In this document: positions 63,456 through 64,000 of the stretch, piece after piece
Numbering within the stretch: position 1 is the first letter of the stretch
How the letters are laid out: every line of letters begins with the position of its first letter
Origin: Styela clava
Taxonomy: Eukaryota
Assembly (NCBI RefSeq): GCF_964204865.1
Contig: NC_135262.1
Span: 10,106,001-10,170,000 of the forward strand
Length of the DNA: 64,000 nt
Direction: 5' to 3'
Program-made: the position numbers and the translations under genes
Notes under the pieces: model-generated
Seen by the model: only the letters and a program-made list of their open reading frames with translations
The model's database searches: none
What the model was told of the DNA's origin: nothing

Positions 63456-64000
63456 GTATGCATTCCTCCGTAAGCGAGATACTGAATTATTTATTCTTCA
63501 TTGATGTGCGTCTTGTCTGTAAGAATAGCCCTTCCACATAGTATAGCGAAACGCAGACTTGAAATCGTTATTTCGAAAATAATTTATGAATAGAATAGAG
63601 ATATTATGGGTTGGCCGTGAATCTGTGCTAGTCTTGATTTGCAACCCAAAATTCCACTTAGGCGTTGCAAAGTTTTGGCAAATGGCCTAATTACAAGAAT
63701 AGCCTGCGTTATATACTAAAATTATTACAAGGAACCAAAATTTATTGTATCGAACTGTTTCAACAAAATATATATAAACACTGTTATCCCCTTTTCTATC
63801 GATAACAGTTTTAAAAAAAATTGTCTATCAACAGCAGAATACAGTAATAATACAGCGCTATTTAACTTGTGAATATGATGATATGAATATGATGATTCGT
63901 GATTCGAAAAATTCCCTGCTTTAAACAATGGCTAATCCACCACAGTTATCGTATTAGTCTTTCTCATATTATTGTCTGGCGATTTTAGTATGCTGGAAGT

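Overview
AT-rich, intron-rich eukaryotic DNA from an invertebrate animal. The gene content and repeat families look ascidian-like, but the taxon is an inference. All gene models were built by hand from GT-AG sites and exon-phase continuity. (1) 3.4-19.1 kb, minus strand: a 17-exon gene for a secreted ~620-650 aa protein. It has a signal peptide and two copies of an unrecognised ~220-280 aa module with identical intron-phase patterns, each followed by 4-Cys EGF-like exons. A copy of its promoter sits at ~1-1.75 kb between two direct repeats, so the gene probably belongs to a family. (2) 26.3-30.7 kb, minus strand: an SLC16/monocarboxylate-transporter gene (550 aa). Its last exon and 3' flank are duplicated in a near-perfect 3102-bp tandem repeat. 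(3) 40-60 kb: a three-copy tandem array of Ser-type (theta/delta-like) glutathione S-transferases, with two intact copies and one double-nonsense pseudogene. Each unit also carries a decayed signal-peptide gene remnant and a Lys/Glu/Arg-rich ORF remnant. (4) 63.1 kb, plus strand: the first two coding exons of another gene. The window also contains a fossil Buster-type hAT transposase, a more decayed SPIN/GTF2IRD2-like hAT, several hAT and Tc1/mariner MITEs with clear target-site duplications, DINE-1/HINE-type Helentron elements and a 35-bp satellite. No rRNA, tRNA or CRISPR array was found.
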